Assembly (NCBI GenBank): GCA_963789955.1 | Contig: CAWBMV010000013.1 | Coordinates: forward strand, 1 to 64,000 | From: an uncultured Candidatus Rokubacteria bacterium | GTDB taxonomy: Bacteria > Methylomirabilota > Methylomirabilia > Rokubacteriales > CSP1-6 | Direction: 5' to 3' | Length of the DNA: 64,000 nt | Shown: in pieces, positions 60,979 through 64,000 of the stretch | How the letters are laid out: every line of letters starts with the position of its first letter | How positions within the stretch are numbered: position 1 is the stretch's first letter | Notes under the pieces: model-generated | Told to the model about the DNA's origin: nothing | Databases searched by the model: none | Seen by the model: the letters and a program-made list of their open reading frames with translations, nothing else | Position numbers and translations under genes: made by a program

Positions 60979-61952
60979 CTATTGATAGAGGTGACAGGCC
61001 ACTTCGCCGCCGCCGTCACGAGGCCGCAAGGTCGGCTCGATCTGCGAGCAGATCGGCATCACGGACGGACAGCGCGGATGGAAGCGGCAGCCCGACGGCA
61101 GGCTGAGCGCGCTCGGCACCTCGCCCGGTGACGGTTTTCTCCTGCGTCCGCTCGTCGGGATGCGACGGCAGCGCGGCGGCGAACAGCGCTTTCGTGTAGG
61201 GATGCATCGGGCGCGCGCACAGCGCGTCGGCTGTCCGCCGTCTCGACGATCTTGCCCAGGTACATCACCGCGATCCGGTGGCTGATGTGCGCGACCGTGG
61301 CGAGGTCGTGGCCGATGAAGAGATAGCTGACGCCGAGCGACCGCTGCAGCTCCTCGAGCTGGTTGATGATCTGAGCCCGCACCGACACGTCGAGCGCCGA
61401 GACCGGCTCGTCCAGCACGATCAGGCGCGTGTCGGTCGCGAGCGCCCGCGCGATCGCGATGCGCTGCCGCTGCCCGCCGCTGAACTCGTGCGGGAACAGC
61501 GGCGCCACGTCCGGCGCGCAGCCCGACCAGCTCCAGCACCTTGCCGACCCGCTCGTCGATGGCGCCGCGCGGCAGGTCGGTGTGGATCTCCAGCGGCTCG
61601 GCGATGATGTCCCGGACCCGCATGCGGGGGCTGAGCGAGCTGAACGGGTCCTGGAAGACGACCTGGACGGCCGCGCCGGTACGCCATCAGGTCCGCGCCG
61701 CGGAGGCTCGCGATGTCGCGGCCCTCGAAGCGGATCGTCCCGGCCGTCGGCGTCTCCTGCTTGAGGATCAGCTTGGAGGTCGTCGTCTTGCCGCATCCGG
61801 ATTCGCCGATGAGCCCGAGCGTCTCGCCGGCCTGAATCGCGAGATCGACGCCGTCGACGGCCTTCACCCACGTCGCCGGTGCCGCCGAGCAGCCGCCGCC
61901 GGACCGGGAAATGCTTCTTCAGATCCCGGACTTCAAGAACGGGAGAGGACAT
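60979..61952 (-). CDS. Oligopeptide/dipeptide ABC ATP-binding protein (OppF-like); frameshifted
   Basis: [39 protein letters not shown]. Confidence 0.9.
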
Positions 61953-62927
61953 TCGTCCAGGAGCCAGCACCGCGCGACGCTCCCGTCGCCCGGGCGGAAG
62001 TCCGGCGGCTCCTCGGTCATGCAGCGCGACATGACGTCGGGGCAGCGCGGATGGAATGCGCAACCGTCGGGGAGATTGGCCGGGTTCGGCGGCTGGCCGC
62101 GAATCGAGTAGAGCGGCTCCTTGTTGCCGAGCTTCGGCATCGAGCCGAGGAGCGCGCGCGTGTAGGGATGCTTCGGATCGTCGAAGAGCTCGCGCACCGG
62201 CGCCTGCTCGACGATCTTGCCCGCGTACATGACGGCGACCCGGTCGCACATCTTCGCGACGATGCCGAGGTTGTGCGTCACGAAGATCAGCGCCACGCCG
62301 GTCTCCCGCTGGATGTCCTTCAGCAGATCGAGGTACTGCGCCTGGATCGTCACGTCGAGGTTCGTCGTGGGCTCGTCGGCGATGACCAGCTTCGGCCCGC
62401 CGGCCAGCGCGATGGCGCCGACGATACGCTGGCGCATGCCGCCGCTCATCTGGTGCGGGTAGTCGCGCATGCGCCACTCGGGCGACGGGATCCGGACCGC
62501 GCGCAGGAGCCCCTGCACGCGCTCGCGCAGGGTGCGGCCGCGGAGGTGCTGGTGGAAGAACGCGGGCTCGGCCACCTGGCGGATAGATCGTGAAGAGCGG
62601 GTTCAGCGACGCCATCGGATCCTGCAGGATCACGGCGATCTGGCGGCCGCGGATCCGGCGCAGCTCGCGCTGGCTCTTGCGCGTCAGATCCTCGCCCTCG
62701 AAGACGACGCGGCCGCCGACGATGCGGCCCGCGCGCGGCAAGAGCCCGACGATCGACAGACACGTGGTCGTCTTGCCGCTGCCGGATTCGCCGACGAGCC
62801 CGAGCGTCTCGCCCTCGCGCAGCGTGAAGCTGACCCCGTCCACCGCCTTGACGACGCGCGCTCCGCCGAAGGTGAAGAAGTGCGTCTGGAGACCGGCGAC
62901 CTGCAGGACCGCTTCGCGATTGGCCAC
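61919..62927 (-). CDS. Oligopeptide/dipeptide ABC ATP-binding protein (OppD-like); frameshift near 62580
   Basis: [33 protein letters not shown]. Confidence 0.9.
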
Positions 62928-62942
62928 GTGGTCGGTCGAGAC

Positions 62943-63857
62943 CTACAGATTCCTCAGCTGAGGATCGAGACGAACGCGCAGCCAGTCGCCGAGGAGCTGG
63001 GTCGCGAGGACGATCAGCAGAATGCACGCGCCCGGGAAGACCGTGAGCCACCACTGGCCCGCCATCAGCGTGGGGCGCGCCTCCGAGAGCATGAGCCCCC
63101 AGGCCGGCTGCGGCGGCGGCACGCCGACGCCGAGGAAGCTGAGCGATGCCTCCGCGATGATGACGACACCGACCGTGAGACTGGCGAGCACCATCGCCGT
63201 GTTCATGACGTTCGGCAGGATGTGCTTCTTGATCACGCGAAGCTTGCTGGCGCCGGCGATCTCGGCCAGCTTCACGAAGTCGCGCTCGCGAAGGGTCAGC
63301 ACCTCGCCGCGGATGACCCGCGCGTAACGGGTCCAGTAGACCAGGCCCAGGATGAAGATGATGTTCCACATGCTGGGCCCGAGCATCGCGGCCAGGAAGA
63401 TCGCGAAGACGATCGCCGGCAGCGCGAGCCAGGCGTCGGTCACGCGCATGATGATCTGATCGACCCAGCCGCCCACGTACCCCGAGAGGATCCCCAGCGC
63501 CGTGCCGATGCTGCCCGCCACCAGGGTTCCCATCAGCCCCACGAGCAGCGACACGCGCGCGCCGTAGATCAGCCGGCTCAGGATGTCCCGGCCCTGGAAA
63601 TCGGTGCCGAGCGGTATCGCCACGCTGCCGCCTTCCATCCAGAAGGGCGGCGCGAATATCTCCGCGCCCTTCACCGGCAGTGTCGGCTCGTACGGCGCGA
63701 TGAGATCGGCGAGCGCGGCCACGAGAATCAGGCCGCCGAGGATGACGACCGCGGCCAGCGGCGCTTGGCGCGCCGCCTTGACGACCGCGCGGAGCCGGCC
63801 CGTTTCCGTTCGTCGTGACGCGAGCCGCGTGTCGGCCGGGATGGTCGCCATCGTCAT
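62943..63857 (-). CDS. Oligopeptide/dipeptide ABC permease (OppC-like)
   Basis: LGTDFQGRDILSRLIYGARVSL, HILPN, EASLSFLG, GDWLR..LDP. Confidence 0.93.
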   Translation of the reverse strand: MTMATIPADTRLASRRTETGRLRAVVKAARQAPLAAVVILGGLILVAALADLIAPYEPTLPVKGAEIFAPPFWMEGGSVAIPLGTDFQGRDILSRLIYGARVSLLVGLMGTLVAGSIGTALGILSGYVGGWVDQIIMRVTDAWLALPAIVFAIFLAAMLGPSMWNIIFILGLVYWTRYARVIRGEVLTLRERDFVKLAEIAGASKLRVIKKHILPNVMNTAMVLASLTVGVVIIAEASLSFLGVGVPPPQPAWGLMLSEARPTLMAGQWWLTVFPGACILLIVLATQLLGDWLRVRLDPQLRNL

Positions 63858-63882
63858 CTACCTCGTGAGCCCGATGTTGGGC

Positions 63883-64000
63883 TCATCTCGAGAGCCTGAT
63901 TCTCGGGTCGATGAAGGCATAGAGAATGTCCACGGCCAGGTTGATGCCGACGATCATGAAGCCGGCCATGATCACGACGCCCTGCACCAGCGGGAAGTCG
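63883..64000 (-). CDS. Oligopeptide/dipeptide ABC permease (OppB-like), C-terminal end only
   Basis: DFPLVQGVVIMAGFMIVGINLAVDILYAFIDPRIRLSR*. Confidence 0.88.
   Translation of the reverse strand, partial: DFPLVQGVVIMAGFMIVGINLAVDILYAFIDPRIRLSR

Noticed and set aside
7245..62927. Programmed frameshifting or mass pseudogenisation as the cause of split genes
   Set aside because: Shifts are scattered over unrelated genes, lack slippery-site patterns and leave motifs intact. Sequencing indels are the simpler explanation, though this cannot be proven without reads.
1..64000. CRISPR arrays, tRNA/rRNA genes, IS transposases, integrases
   Set aside because: None recognised by eye. Intergenic gaps are short and no regularly spaced repeats were seen; a covariance-model search was not possible.

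Overview
High-GC bacterial chromosomal window of about 60 densely packed genes. The gene repertoire (many amidohydrolases, luciferase-like monooxygenases, Uma2, ABC transporters, a TonB-dependent receptor) resembles a soil diderm such as Rokubacteria/Methylomirabilota; this is inference only. Most genes are catabolic or transport: arylsulfatase with a sugar-type ABC system, pcaHGB, aroC, 3-hydroxyanthranilate dioxygenase, amidase, M20 peptidase, TauD, a proline-racemase-family enzyme, a Mo-hydroxylase large subunit, a barbiturase-like enzyme and an Opp/Dpp ABC system. It also carries a STAND cyclase-ATPase-TPR gene, a DUF222-HNH gene and a SNF2-SWIM pair. Many genes are split by single-base frameshifts that look like long-read indel errors. 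Best signals: (1) a hidden 573-aa selenoprotein at 30660-32381, with an in-frame UGA in a U-G-S-C motif followed by a SECIS-like hairpin, which the ORF track splits in two; (2) a 93-aa leader ORF with a signal-like N-terminus, CxxxC and a C-terminal RAPP stall motif directly upstream of a TonB-dependent receptor (CruR/DUF2946-like); (3) recurrent -10 boxes 6-8 nt before start codons, suggesting leaderless mRNAs; (4) several internally deleted gene relics; (5) a twice-repeated 16-bp perfect palindrome inside the DUF222-HNH gene. No rRNA, tRNA, CRISPR array or transposase was recognised.
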